Positions 13,487-26,838 of a stretch of DNA of 64,000 bases are shown piece after piece (the stretch's first letter is position 1; every line of letters starts with the position of its first letter). The DNA comes from Felis catus. Lineage: Eukaryota. The stretch covers positions 84,074,001 through 84,138,000 of the forward strand of contig NC_058368.1 of assembly GCF_018350175.1 (NCBI RefSeq). Reading direction: 5' to 3'. Under the pieces are notes generated by a model. The model did not search any database, was not told where the DNA came from, and saw only the letters and a program-made list of their open reading frames with translations. The position numbers were made by a program, and so were the translations under genes.

Positions 13487-14692
13487 AAAATTGAAATATA
13501 ATTGACATACAATTTTTTTTAAAAAAGGTTTCTTACTCTCCCATTTACTGCAGCCTCCATACTCTATAATGATCCCCACTGACTATATCACTTCTTTTTT
13601 TCTTAATTCTGTCTGATCCATGAAGATACATGAATTTATTTCATGATATACACTATTTCAACATATCCAAATGAATAGGAAACATGTGAAGTTAATTTGG
13701 ATAAATTTTGACCACATGGAAGCCCGCACATGGGTAATGTTAACCATTTGGATGAGTATCAGTATGCTCTTATGACTCTAGTTGTAATTGTAGAGACTTC
13801 TAGTGCTAATATAGATGAAATAGAATTTGGCCTCCTTCCCAAAATTGGGATGATGAGATAGGGATGTAAGTATCTGGCCTCTGTTGTCCTTTCTCCTTTG
13901 TATCCTGTGTTGACAAGAAACCCTTCTAACTCTGCTGGCTGTCCTGTGTCTTTTGTAGGACTCTTTTCACTCTTGCTCTGCCTCTCTGGTCTTAGAGTCT
14001 GGATTATACAGTTATCTCTCTAAAGAAAGAGCTTATGAGGTATTTCCTCCAAGATCAATTCCATTTTCAAATAATATTACATGCTAATATGGAAAAACCC
14101 TTTGGAAGTATTCTACAAAGGATGTCTTTAACTTTTAAGAAACACTAGTTTTGACCAAAAATATTGACTGGTTTTTGAAATTACATATTCTTAGGTGGAT
14201 GGGCAGCCCAAAATAACTATACAAGGTATTAGTCTCCATCTAGACTCTCATAGAACCTAAGTATACATAGGTAATAGTCATTTATGTCATTTGTTCACTA
14301 TCTCATCTCCTGAGCCCAGACTAAGAGAAATTTGACTGATTTATTCATCTTTTAATCTCAGTGCTAATAAATAGTGGCTGAAACACAATAATATCTCATA
14401 CTGAACAGGGAGGGGAGTGGGAAGAGAGAGAGGAGGATATATAGTGTAAAAAAGGGAGGAAGCAAACCCATTAGGGTTCTCTCCTAAGAATCCCAGAAAA
14501 ACTATCTTAAACACTAACCTGTGAGTTATAATTGTGGTATTTCTTAAGTCCACTTATGGGGAAAATAACTCTTGATTTTCCCAGAACATAACCATAAATT
14601 GGTCTTAAATGAGCCAGGATTGATAGATGCTAAAATGCATGAAGATCTATTATCTAATCTTCTCTGGAGGCTAATTTTCATTTTATTTGGAT

Positions 14693-14841
14693 GGTTTAGG
14701 TTTGATTCTGCCTGGTTCTCTTCTTGAACAAGATGATAACATAATTACACTATTTTTCACCAAAATTTGAGTGGCAAAGAATAATTAATTTTTAAATTTC
14801 AAATAAATTTCTGCACAAAACCAAGATCCAATCTCTAGGAC
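14693..14841 (+). repeat. 149-bp segment also present at 13267-13415 (direct) and 10777-10925 (inverted); probable source copy
   Basis: ggtttaggtttgattctgcc...ccaatctctaggac in all three; embedded in non-repeat flanks only here. Confidence 0.9.
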
Positions 14842-14929
14842 AGACAAGAGCTGAAATAGTGATAGTTAACTATACTTATAGTTAGTTAACTTACAGTTAA
14901 CTTATAGTTATATGTTAACTACAAGATAG

Positions 14930-15085
14930 TTAACTTAAGAGGAGGTCATTGTTGTAAGTACTTTGCACATACTAATTACTCTCATAAATAGTGTGTAGGT
15001 GTTATTTTGCAGATGGAAGACTCCAGCACAGAGGTTACCTCATGTGCCTAAGATCAGATAGATAACAAGCACCGAGTTCCATTTG
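14930..15085 (-). mobile_element. MIR fragment
   Basis: ttattttgcagatggaagactccagcacagaggtt MIR core-like. Confidence 0.55.
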
Positions 15086-16067
15086 GACCAGTAACTCCCA
15101 GTGATAGACCAACATAGCTATGATTTCCTCTTTGTCCCTCTCACCCAGGCTTTCTGACCCCTCCAGCTCCCATTGCATCCAGGACCACCTACACCTACAA
15201 TCATACTACCCTTTCTCACCTTGACTGAGAATCAAGTTAGGAATGTAGCATATGAGATGATGTTGAAGGAGTAAATGTGCAGCAGGAGGGATGGACATGG
15301 CTTGGCGGTCTTTCCTCCCTGTTTGCCCCAATGCCTGTCTTCCAGCCAAGGCCCAACCTACAGATGAGGTCTCTAGTCCCGACTCCTGTTTACTGTCTCC
15401 ATAAAGAACCAATACTTTGTTCAGATTACAGGTCTGGGATCCCCTAATTGAATCTTCGGGGGCTATGGAAATGAAAACCATGTAAAATGCTGAAGAAAGT
15501 ACAGCTAACTCCTGATCTGAATGTGAACTTCACTTCATGCTGGGCAAAGACCAGATTATCAGTCCCAAGATAATAGCCAGTTTATAAACATGCTTATGCT
15601 CAGTAAGTATTACCTCAGAAAAAGTAGCCTCCTTATAGGAATCAGGCCTATACTTTGTGGAAAACATACCCTGTGATTTACATAATATTCATGGAAGAAA
15701 ACAGCCTGACTGATGGATGCCACATTATAGCTGGGCTGTGACTCTCCAGGAAATAAAGAATAAATACAACAGTGTGCATCAGGCAAGGGAAATGTCTGAT
15801 GAAACTGTCTTTAGTTATGTAGCTGATGTGGGGGCCCTGTGACATTTGTCCTTTGGGTATTTTTCCCCAGACATTAATTAATTCTGTTTTCTATTAGTTG
15901 TTTGAATTTCTTCCAGATTTCAGCGTGACTGTCTAATCATGTGAGAGGAAAACAGTGATCATGCCTTTAGTGCTGCACCTGAGGAAACAGGGGACAGAAA
16001 TGATCAGGAGAAGTGCCAAACAGGGACATGCAACACTTCCAATTACACCTTAGGATTGGCTCCCTTT

Positions 16068-16275
16068 ATTTATTATTATCATTATCTTTAATGTTTAATG
16101 TTTTGAGAGAGAGAGTGAGATTGTGAGCCAGGGAGGGGCAGAGAGAGAGGGAGACACAGAATCAGAAGCAGGCTCCAGGCTCCAAGCTGTCAGTGCAGAG
16201 CCTGATGCGGGACATGAACCCAGGAACCACAAGATCATGGCCTGAGCTTAACCGACTCAGCCACCCAGGCTCCCC
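16068..16275 (-). mobile_element. Can-SINE
   Basis: Reverse SINE; TSD aggattggctcccttta / aggactagctcccttta. Confidence 0.92.
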
Positions 16276-18626
16276 AGGACTAGCTCCCTTTAAACATAGA
16301 CCTATGTCTTTACCCTCTTCCCTCCTTCATACAAGGATGTTCACTAAAGTTTCTTGCCCACCTGCCCATCAGGATTCCTACGAATGCCCACTCACCAAGG
16401 CTCTCACAGAATAAAGATAAAAACACAGAATATGCATAGAAGAGATGGGAGAGCATGTCATGTCTTTAAACCTGGGAATGATGCACTTGTTGTTTTGACA
16501 GTCCTTTAGAAAGGGAGCCCAATGTTCCTAAGGTAGGTAGGTCAGCAACAACAAGATGCTGTGACAGCAAGAGATTCCTCATTGCAGTTATGGACATGGA
16601 TGTGGAGGGAATTTATTAAATGATTGAGCTGTTATAGCTTACCTCAGTCTAGGATTGGTGTAGCCACCAGATCAGGTGTCCCTCTGGATCAGAGCAGTTG
16701 TGCTTTGGGAGAACATGTGGTGAGTCCTGGATATTTACAGCCAAGCTGGAGTTCAGAAAGCCCTGAGGTGAAATGGTGTAGTACAGTAGGATAACCCCTA
16801 TTCTACAGCCCTTGGTCCTATGGCACAGTTGGAAATCTCACACATATCCCAGAAGGTAGGTATCATCCAAGTCATAAGAAGACAGTTTATTGTGTGGTTG
16901 AGAGACTGAGGTTAGGACATTGATAAAACCACTGTCTGAGTTGATAGGAAATGAAAGTGTTAGGCATACAGTTCCTAGCAGTTTTGATGAAAGGAAAGTT
17001 CTGGGGAGCCCAGATCCTTTCCCTACCTGTTACAACCTTTATCTGAAATAAGTAAATGTTGGCTGAACTACATGTATTTACATGTGTCATTTCTGCTGAG
17101 CCAATTTTCGATGGGGTTCTTGTGCTCCAAAATTTACATGGTAAATATGTCAACCACAATTATGCATTGTTTAAAAAGGGGGTTCTTAGAAAGAGAAATA
17201 TAAAGAAAAAAATAACTTCATTGGTTAGTTAGAAACAAGGCAGCAGTGTTTGTGAATGCAATAACTGTTGCCTACATGATGGCAAATTTGGTGTCTGGGT
17301 GAGCTACAGGGATCTTTAGGTTTATACAGAAAGGAAATCAAAGATCATGCAAGTTTGGAAAGAAGCTGATGGCCACTTGGAGACAGGGGAATTGGAGATA
17401 AGACTTTTCCTTTCCTGTAAATGATGGAGATGTTTGCTTACAGATGGATGTGGAGTAGTGATCATCTCAGCCTACAGGGAGTTGGTGCCCACCCACTTCC
17501 CACAGTTGGCTTTCATTGTCACTCTGTGGCTTGCCTCTGGATCATGTACGTACAGACCATCTAAAAGTTGCAAAGACACTAAAGGAATCATCTTGAACAG
17601 TTCCTTGTGTTGTACTTCCAGAAATTAGGGGTCTTCTTGACCCCTGGTAAATATAGAGAGGAGAAACATAGAAGGTATTCTAAGAAATAAGGAAAGGTTC
17701 TGCTAGGCTGGGGAATGTGGCAGCATAGGAAGACGCTGGGCTCACCGCGTCCTGCTGATCACTTAGATTCCACCTACACCTGCCTAAATAACCCAGAAAA
17801 CCACCAGAAGACTAGCAGAACAGAGTCTCCGGAGCCAAGCGCAGACGAGAGGCCCACGGAAGAGGGTAGGAAGGGCGGCAAGGCAGTGCACGCTACACAC
17901 ACTGGCTGGAGGGAGCCAGGGCGGCGGGGCGAGCCGCTGGGCAAGTAGAGCCCCCTGAGTCTGGCTTGCAAAAGCGGAGGGGCTGGCCAGATTGTGTTCT
18001 GACGGCAAGAGGGACTTGACATCTGGAAGGTTAAAAGCTAACAGCTCTGCTCTGAGAATGGGAGGGCTGGAGGACAACGGGAGGGAGAGTTGTTGAGCCC
18101 TGGACAACAGAGCTCAGCTTGGCCGGGAACAAAGGCACTCACCAGCACCATCTCCCTCGCCCATCCCCCAGCCCAAATCCCAAAGGGAACCAGTTCCTGC
18201 CAGGGAACTTGCTTGTACCTCACAAACACCCAACGCTGTGCTTCTGCGGATCTGTCCCTCTGGTGGGTCTGACTCCCTCCAGGTGCCACAGGGCCCCTCA
18301 CAAAGTGGGTCTCCGAAGGAAAAGTGAGCTGAGCCTACCCCTCCCACCCCTTACCACCTTACCGATCCACCCCAGCTAATAAGCCAGATCCCCAGCACCA
18401 CAAGCCTGGCAGTGTGCAAGTAGCCCAGATGGGTCACGCCACCCCACAGTGAATCCTGCCCCTAGAAGAAGGGAAGAGAAGGTACACACCAGTCTGACTA
18501 TGGCCCCATTGGTGGGCTGGGAGCACACATCAGGTCTGACTGCGGCACCGCCCACCAACGCAAGTTAGTCAAGACAGCACAGGGGAAGTGCCCCAAAGTC
18601 CCACACCACTCAAGGGACTATCCAAA

Positions 18627-19519
18627 ATGATGAAACAAAAGAATTCCCCTCAGAAAAATGTCCAGGAAATAACAACAGCTAAAGAACTGATCAAAAACGA
18701 TTTAAACAATATAACAGAAAGTGAATTTAGAATAATAGTCATAAAATTAATCGCTGGGCTTGAAAACAGTATAAAAGACAGCAGAGAATCTCTTACTACA
18801 GAGATCAAGGGACTAAGGAACAGCCAGGAGCCAAAAAAAAGCTATCAACGAGCTGCAAAATAAAATGGAGACAACCACAGCTCAGATTGAAGAGGAAGAG
18901 GAGAGAATAGGTGAACTAGAAGATATAATTACAGAAAAAGAAGAAGCTGAGAAAAAGAGAGATAAAAAAAATCCAGGAGTATGAGGGGAAAATTAGAGAA
19001 CTAAGTGATGCACGAAAGAGAAATAATCTATGCATAATTGGTATTCCAGAGGAGGAAGAGAGAGGGAAAGGTGCTGAAGGGGTACTTGAAGAAATCATAG
19101 CTGAGAACTTCCCAGATCTGGGGAAGGAAAAAGGCATTGAAATCCAAGAGGCACAGAGAACTCCCTTCAGATGTAACTTGAATCGATCTTCTACACACCA
19201 TATCATAGTGAAACTGGCAAAATACAAGGATAAAGAGAACATTCCGAAAGCAGCTAGACATAAACATGCTCTAACATATAAATGGAGACCGATAAGACTC
19301 GTGACTGATCTCTCTACTGAAACTTGGCAGGCCAGAAAGGAATGGCAGGAAATCTTCAATGTGATGAACAGAAAAAATATGCAGCCGAGAATCCTCTATC
19401 CAGCAAGTCTGTCATTTAGAATCCAAGGAGAGATAAAGGTCTTCCCAAACAAACAAAAACTGAAGGAATTCCTCACCACTAAACCAGCCCTACAAGAGAT
19501 CTTAAGGGGGATCCTGTGA
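18627..19519 (+). pseudogene. L1 ORF1p (coiled coil-RRM-CTD), frameshifted
   Basis: MMKQKNSPQK... to ...ILYPASLSF...TTKPALQEILRGIL*; frame breaks in A-runs near 18835 and 18970. Confidence 0.9.
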
Positions 19520-19569
19520 GACAAAGTACCAGAGACATCGCTACAAGCATGAAACCTATGGACATCACA

Positions 19570-22500
19570 ATGACTCTAAACCCATATCTTTCTATAATAA
19601 CACTGAATGTAAATGGACTAAATGTGCCAACCAAAAGACATAGGGTATCAGAATGGATAAAAAACAAGACCCATCTATTTGCTGTCTACAAGAGACTCAT
19701 TTTAGACCTGAGGACACCTTCAGATTGAGTGTGAGGACATGGAGAACTATTTATCATGCCACTGTAAGTCAAAAGAAAGCTGGAGTAGTCATACTTATAT
19801 CAGACAAACTAGACTTTAAATTAAAGGCTATAACAAGAGATGAAGAAGGGCATTATATAATAATCACAGGGTCTATCCATCAGGAAGAGATAACAATTAT
19901 AAATGTTTATGTGCCGAACATAGGACCCCCCAAATATATAAAACAATTACTCACAAACATAAGCAACCTTATTGATAAGAATGTGGTAATTTCAGGGGAC
20001 TTTAACACTCCACTTACAGAAATGGATAGATCATCTACACACACGGTCAATAAAGAAACAAGGGCCCTGAATGATACATTGGATCAGATGAACTTGACAG
20101 ATATATTTAGAACTCTGCATCCCAAAGCAACAGAATATACTTTATTCCAGAGTGCACATGGAACATTCTCCAAGATAGATCACATGCTGGGTCACAAAAC
20201 AGCCTTTCATAAATATACAAGATTTGAAATCATACCATGCATACTTTCAGACCACAATGCTTTGAAGCTTGAAATCAACCACAGGAAAAAGTCTGGAAAA
20301 CCTCCAAAAGCATGGAGGTTAAAGAACACCCTACTAAAGAATGAATGGGTCAACCAGGCAATTAGAGAAGAAATTAAAAAACATATGGAAACAAATGAAA
20401 ATGAAAATACAACAATCCAAACACTTTGGGATGCAGCGAAGGCAGTCCTGAGAGGAAAATACTTTGCAGTCCAAGCCTATCTCAAGAACAAGAAAAATCC
20501 CAAATACAAAATCTAACAGCACACCTAAAGGAAATAGAAGCAGAACAGCAAAGACAGCCTAACCCAGCAGAAGAAGAGAAATAATAAATATAGAGCAGAA
20601 ATAAACAGTATATAATCTAAAAAAAAGGTAGAGCGGATCAATGAAACCAAGAGTTGGTTTTTTGAAAAAATAAACAAAATTGATAAACCTCTAGCCAGGC
20701 TTCTCAAAAAGAAAAGGGAGATGACCCAAATAGATAATATCATGAATGAAAATGGAATCATTACAACCAATCCCTCATATATACAAACAATTTTCAGGGA
20801 ATACTATGAAAAATTATATGCCAACAAACTGGACAACCTGGAAGAAATGGACAAATTCCTAAGCACCCACACGCTTCCAAAACTCAATCAGGAGGAAATA
20901 GGAAGCTTGAACAGACCCATAACCAGGGAAGAAATTGAATCGGTTATCAAAAATCTCCCAACAAATAAGAGTCCAGGACCAGATGGCTTCCCAGGGGAGT
21001 TCTACCAGACGTCTAAGGCAGAGATAATACTTATCCTTCTCAAGCTATTCCAAGAAATAGAAAGGGAAGGAAAACTTCCAGACTCATTCTGTGAAGCCAG
21101 TATTACTTTGATTCCTAAACCAGAGACCCAGTAAAAAAAGAGAACTACAGGCCAATATCCCTGATGAATATGGATGCAAAAATTCTCAATAAGATACTAG
21201 CAAATCGAATTCAATGGCATATAAAAAGAATTATTCACCATGATCAAGTGGGATTCATTCCTGGGATGCAGGGCTGGTTCAACATTGGCAAATCAAGCAA
21301 CGTGATACATCACATTAATAACAGAAAAGATAAGAACCATATGATCCTGTCAATCGATGCAGAAAAGGCCTTTGACAAAATCCAGCACCCTTTCTTAATA
21401 AAAACCCTCGAGAAAGTCGGGATAGAAGGAACATACTTAAAGATCATAAAAGCCATTTATGAAAAGCCCACAGCTGACATCATCCTCAATGGGGAAAAAC
21501 TGAGAGCTTTTTCCCTGAGATCAGGAACATGACAGCGATGTCCACTCTCACCGCTGTTGTTTAACATAGTGTTGGAAGTGCTAGCATCAGCAATCAGACA
21601 GCAAAAGGAAATCAAAGGCATCAAAATTGGCAAAGATGAAGTCAAGCTTTCACTTTTTGCAGATGACATGATATTATACATGGAAAATCAGATAGACTCC
21701 ACCAGAAGTCTGCTAAAACTGATACATGAATTTAGCAAAGTTGCAGGTTACAAAACGAATGTACAGAAATCAGTTGCATTCTTATACACTAACAATGAAG
21801 CAACAGAAAGACAAATAAAGAAACTGATCCCATTCACAACCGCACCAAGAAGCATAAAATACCTAGGAATAAATCTAACCAAAGATGTAAAAGATCTGTA
21901 TGCTGAAAACTATAGAAAGCTTATGAAGGAAATTGAAGAAGATACAAAGAAATGGAAAAACATTCCGTGTTCATGGATTGGAAGAATAAATATTATCAAA
22001 ATATCACTACTACCCAAAGCTATCTACACATTCAATGCAATCCCAATCAAAATTGCACCAGCATTCTTCTCGAAACTAGAGCAAGCAATCCTAAAATTCA
22101 TATGGAACCACAAAAGGCCCCGAATAGCCAAAGTAATTTTGAAGAAGAAGACCAAAGCAGGAGGCATCACAATCCCAGACTTTAGCCTCTACTACAAAGC
22201 TGTTATCATCAAGGCAGCATGGTATTGGCACAAAAACAGACACATAGACCAATGGAATAGAATAGAAACCCCAGAACTAAACCCACAAACGTATGGCCAA
22301 CTAATCTTTGACCCAGCAGGAACGAATATCCAATGGAAAAAAGACAGTCTCTTTAATGAATGGTGCTGGGAGAACTGGACAGCAACATGCAGAAGATTCA
22401 AACTAGACCACTTTCTCACACCATTCCCAAAAATAAACTCAAAATGGATAAAGGACCTGAATGTGAGACAGGAAACCATCAAAACCTTAGAGGAGAAAGC

Positions 22501-23378
22501 AGGAAAAGACCTCTCTGACCTCAGCCACAGCAATTGGCACATCCCCAAAGGCAAGGGAATTAAAAGCAAAAATGAACTACTAGGACCTCATGAAGGTAAA
22601 AAACTTCTGCACAGCAAAGGAAACAACCAACAAAACTAAAAGGCAACTAATGGAATGGGAAAACATATTTGCAAATGACATATTGAACAAAGGGCTAGTA
22701 TCCAAAATCTATAAAGAGCTCACCAAACTCCACACCCGAAAAACAAATAATCCAGTGAAGAAATGGGCAGAAAACACGAATAGACACTTCTCTAAAGAAG
22801 ACATCCAGATGGCCAACAGGCACATGAAAAGATGCTCAATGTCGCTCCTTATCAGGGAAATACAAATCAAAACCACACTCAGATATCACCTCACGCCAGT
22901 CAGAGTGGCCAAAATGAACAAATCAGGAGACTATTGATGCTGGTGAGGTTGTGGAGAAACGGGACCCCTCTTGCACTGTTGGTGGGAATGCAAATTGGTG
23001 CAGCCACTCTGGAAAACAGTGTGGAGGTTCCTCAGAAAATTGAAAATAGACCTACCCTATGACCCAGCAATAGCACTGCTAGGAATTTACCCAAGGGATA
23101 CAGGAGTACTGATGCATAGGGGCACTTGTACCCCAATGTTTATAGCAGCACTCTCAACAATAGCCAAATTACAGAAAGAGCCTAAATGTCCATCAAATGA
23201 TGAATGGATAAAGAAATTGTGGTTTATATACACAATGGAGTACTACGTGGCAATGAGAAAGAACAAAATATGGCCCTTTATAGCAATGTGGATGGAACTG
23301 GAGAGTGTGATGCTCAGTGAAATAAGCCATACAGAGAAAGACAGATACCATATGGTTTCACTCTTATGTGGATCCTGA
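19570..23378 (+). pseudogene. L1 ORF2p (APE endonuclease, RT, C-terminal domain), several frameshifts/stops
   Basis: [65 protein letters not shown] spread over different frames. Confidence 0.93.
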
Positions 23379-23989
23379 GAAACTTAACAGAAACCCATGG
23401 GGGAGGGGTAGGAAAAAAAAAAAAAGGAGATTAGAGTGGAAGAGAGCCAAAGCATAAGAGACTCTTAAAAACTGAGAACAAACTGAAGGTTGATGGGGGA
23501 TGGGAGGGAGGGGAGGGTGGGTGATGGGTATTGAGGAGGGCACATTTTGGGATGAGCACTGGGTGTTGTATGGAAACCAATTTGACAATAAACTTCATAT
23601 ATTGAAAACAAAACAAAACACAAAACAAAACAAAAAAAAGAAATAAGGAAAGGTTCTAACAAAGACATGTTTTCTGGAAATGACTATCACAAACGAATTA
23701 AATAGGGGAACCTCCCGACAAGTAATTAGATCAATTTATCTACCCTACATAAAATGTGTCCCAATACCGACTGCTTATGCAACACTCAATTACCAAATGG
23801 CATAATGGCATATAGGAAACATAGAAAAGAGTTGTGCCTAATAGCCAGTATTAGGTGTGACTAATACCAATGTCCAAGTACAATGCCAAAATTGTTGTGG
23901 CTGGTATTCACATCTGGTCGTGTTGTGGTACTTCCAGGAAGTATCTGCTCTTTCTATCAGTGTGAACAAAGCTTCAAATCAAGAAAGAA

Positions 23990-24900
23990 TGGTCTAGGAG
24001 GTGATATCAGCAAGAATAGTACAAGAAGAAGCTCCAATGGCCTGTCCTTCTACAGAACACTGAAAAAACTGGTTAAAAAAAAAACCTGCTAGAATATGGG
24101 AAAACAGTCAATGGTTTACAACAACCAAGCAAATGCTTCATCAAGATGAAGGTGACTGGATCTCAATGTCAAGGATTTGTAGTGTCTTAACTTACCCTAT
24201 CCTCATTCTCCTCCCCAGAACTCAGCAGCAGTCTTGAAGATGGCAGGCTATGTTCTTAGTCTGAAGTCCTGATTCAAGAGGGAACTAAGTGGACTTTATT
24301 CGCAAGAAATTGTGTTTTTGTGTTTTGTTCTGTCTGGAGTCTAGTCTCCTTGAAGTATCAACACATGAAATTCTCTCAGGAGAAAAAAACAGTATTTGAT
24401 GAAACTTGTTGCAGTAGCTTTGTCAAAAACAAATGAATGACTTTCTACCACTTGAAGCAAAATTTATAACTTGGGGAAAACAATAGAGTCATCAAAATGG
24501 CTGAGAGGAAAAACTGGACACTGAGATACCTTCAGGAATAAGGGTTTGAAAATGTCCAATATATGTTTAAAAATCTATAATATAATGCTATTTTAAAGCT
24601 TACATAAAAATTTAACATATTTATCAGTAACACCAAAAGTAGGTGGATAGGAGGAAAGTTTTATAGAAGGAGGAAATAATAGAAGACAAAATGAATCCAT
24701 AAAGAAGTGAAGAAAGTCAGAAGTGGTAAATAAGAAAGTTATAAAAGGAACTCCATAAATTTATACTTGTTATACATTGTTGGTTTTCTACTACACACAC
24801 ACACCGCATCTGTGTGTGTGACAATAATGTCAAAACTGTGTAAGTGGATAGGAACTATATAGAAATAAAATTTCTATATTTTATTGCAATATTGATGTAT
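23990..24900 (+). mobile_element. Ancient L1M 5'/inter-ORF remnant (tentative)
   Basis: Degenerate aagatggc-type 5'UTR motifs and A-rich L1-like composition. Confidence 0.4.
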
Positions 24901-24914
24901 GTCTGAAGTAGGAT

Positions 24915-25106
24915 TTTTTATATTTTTTAATTTAAATCCAGTTAATTTAACATTTAGTGTGATTTTAGTTTCAGGACTACAATCTAGTGATTCAACACTT
25001 CCATTACAACATCGTGTGCTCATCACAAGAGCACTCCTTAAATACCCATCACCTATCTCCCCTCTAATAACAATCTTTTTTTTCTCAATAGTTGAGTCAG
25101 TTTCTT
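24915..25106 (-). mobile_element. LINE-1 extreme 3' end
   Basis: ttagtttcagg...gattcaacact...gtgctcatcacaag reverse 3'UTR. Confidence 0.8.
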
Positions 25107-25325
25107 GGGGCCACTGGGTGGCTCAGTCGGTTAAACATTTGACTCTTGGTTTTGGCTCAGGTCATGACCTCATGGCTTTGTGGGTTTGAGCCCCACATTG
25201 GGCTCTGTGCTGGCAGTGCAGAGTCTGCTTAAGATTCTCTCTCTCTCTCTCTCTCTCTCTCTAGCTTCCCCTTTCCCATTCATGATGTCTCTGTCTCTCT
25301 CAAAATAAATAAATTTTTAAAAAAA
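25107..25325 (+). mobile_element. Can-SINE lacking matching TSDs
   Basis: Typical head, (CT)n, tail; left and right flanks come from different L1 regions. Confidence 0.9.
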
Positions 25326-26838
25326 TTAAATGTTTGGTAGAATTCCTGTGGAAAGCCATCTGGTCCTGGACTCTTGATTCTTGGGAAATTTTTGATTACT
25401 GATTCAATTTCTTCACTGGCTATGGGTCTGCTCAAATTTTCTATTTCTTCCTGTTCCAGTTTTGGTAGTTTATATATTTGTAGGATTTGTCTAATTTCCT
25501 CCAGATTGCCCAACTTGTTGCCATATAATTGCATATACTATTCTCTTATTATTATTTTTATTTCTGTGGTGTTGGTTGTGATCTCTCCTCTTTCATTTTA
25601 TTTCCTTTATTTGGGTTCTTTTTGATAAATCTGGCTAGGGATTTATAAAGTTTGTTTTGTTTTTGTTTTTAATTTTTTTAATGATTATTTTTTGAGAGAT
25701 AGAGACAGAGTGTGAGTGGGGGAGGGGCAGAGAGAGAGGGAGACACAGAATCTGAAGCAGGCTTCAGGCTCTGAGCTGTCAGCACAGAGCCCAATGCGGG
25801 GCTCAAACTCACAGACCATGCATTCATGACCTAAACCAAAGTCGGACTTATAACCGACTATCCAGCCAGATGCCCCTATATATTTTGTTAATTCTTTAAA
25901 AGAACCAGCTCCTGGTTTCTTTGATCTGTTCTACTGTTGTTTGTTTGTTTGTTTGTTTGTTTGTGTTTTTTTTAATGATATCATTGATTTCTGCTCTAAT
26001 CTTTATTATTTCCCTTCTGCTGGTTTTGGGCTTGTTTAAGTGTAAAGTTAGGTTGTGTGTATGAGACCTTCCTTCTTTTTTTAGCAAGGCCTGGATTGTT
26101 ATATACTTCCCTCTTAAGACCACCTTTGCTGCATCCCAGAGGTTTGGGGCTGTTGTGTTTTATTTTCATTGTCTTCCATGTACTTTTTAATTTCTTGGTA
26201 AACCCATTCATTCTTTAGTAGGATGTTCTCAAATCTCCAAGTATTCACAGTCTTTATTTTTTTTTCCTTGTAGTTGACTTCAGGTTTCATAGTATTGTGG
26301 ACGGAAAATATGCAAGGTATGGTCTTGATTTTTTTGTACTTTGTTGAGGGCTGATTTGTGACTGAGTATGTGATCCATTCTGTAGATTGTTCCATGTGTA
26401 CTTGAGAAGAATGTGTATTCAGATGCCATAGGATGATATTTTCTGAATATATCTATTAGTCCACCTGTGTGTGACATTCAAAGCCATTACTTTCTTGATT
26501 TTCTACTTTCTGTCCATTGCTGTAAATGGGGTGTTGAATTCCCGTAATATAATGGTATTATTATCAATGTGTTTATGTTTGTGATTAATTGATTTATATA
26601 TTTGGGTATCACATGTTGGGGGCATAAATATTTATAATTGTTAAATCTTCTTGGTGGATAGACACCTTATTATATAATGCCATTCTTCCTTCTTGTTGCA
26701 GTCTTTATTTTAAAATCTAGTTTGTATGAAATAATTGTGGCTACTCCAACTTTCTTTGGATGTCCATTGGCTTGATAGATGGTTCTCCATCTCTTAATTT
26801 CAACCTACAGGTGTTTTAGGTCTAAAATAAGACTTTTT
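25326..26838 (-). mobile_element. LINE-1 ORF2 5' part (EN/linker), reverse orientation
   Basis: Minus-strand [37 protein letters not shown]. Confidence 0.88.
25650..25876 (-). mobile_element. Can-SINE
   Basis: Reverse SINE body with GA tract and poly-T. Confidence 0.9.

Larger units (their letters stand above)
17702..23637 (+). mobile_element. Full-length felid LINE-1 (~5.9 kb), inactivated, 20-bp TSD
   Basis: TSD AAGAAATAAGGAAAGGTTCT at 17682-17701 and 23638-23657; CpG-rich 5'UTR; ORF1, ORF2, G-rich 3'UTR, AATAAA and (CAAAA)n tail. Confidence 0.96.

Noticed and set aside
14870..14938. CRISPR-like array
   Set aside because: Units are 6-8 bp with irregular tiny spacers in mammalian DNA; no cas genes.
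16400..17680. Possible ERV internal/LTR remnant or second OR pseudogene
   Set aside because: No gag/pol/env or OR motifs recognisable by eye; needs a Dfam/tblastn search.
21557..22639. 360-aa reverse-transcriptase ORF as a novel RT system
   Set aside because: It is a fragment of frameshifted ORF2 within an ordinary TSD-flanked L1.
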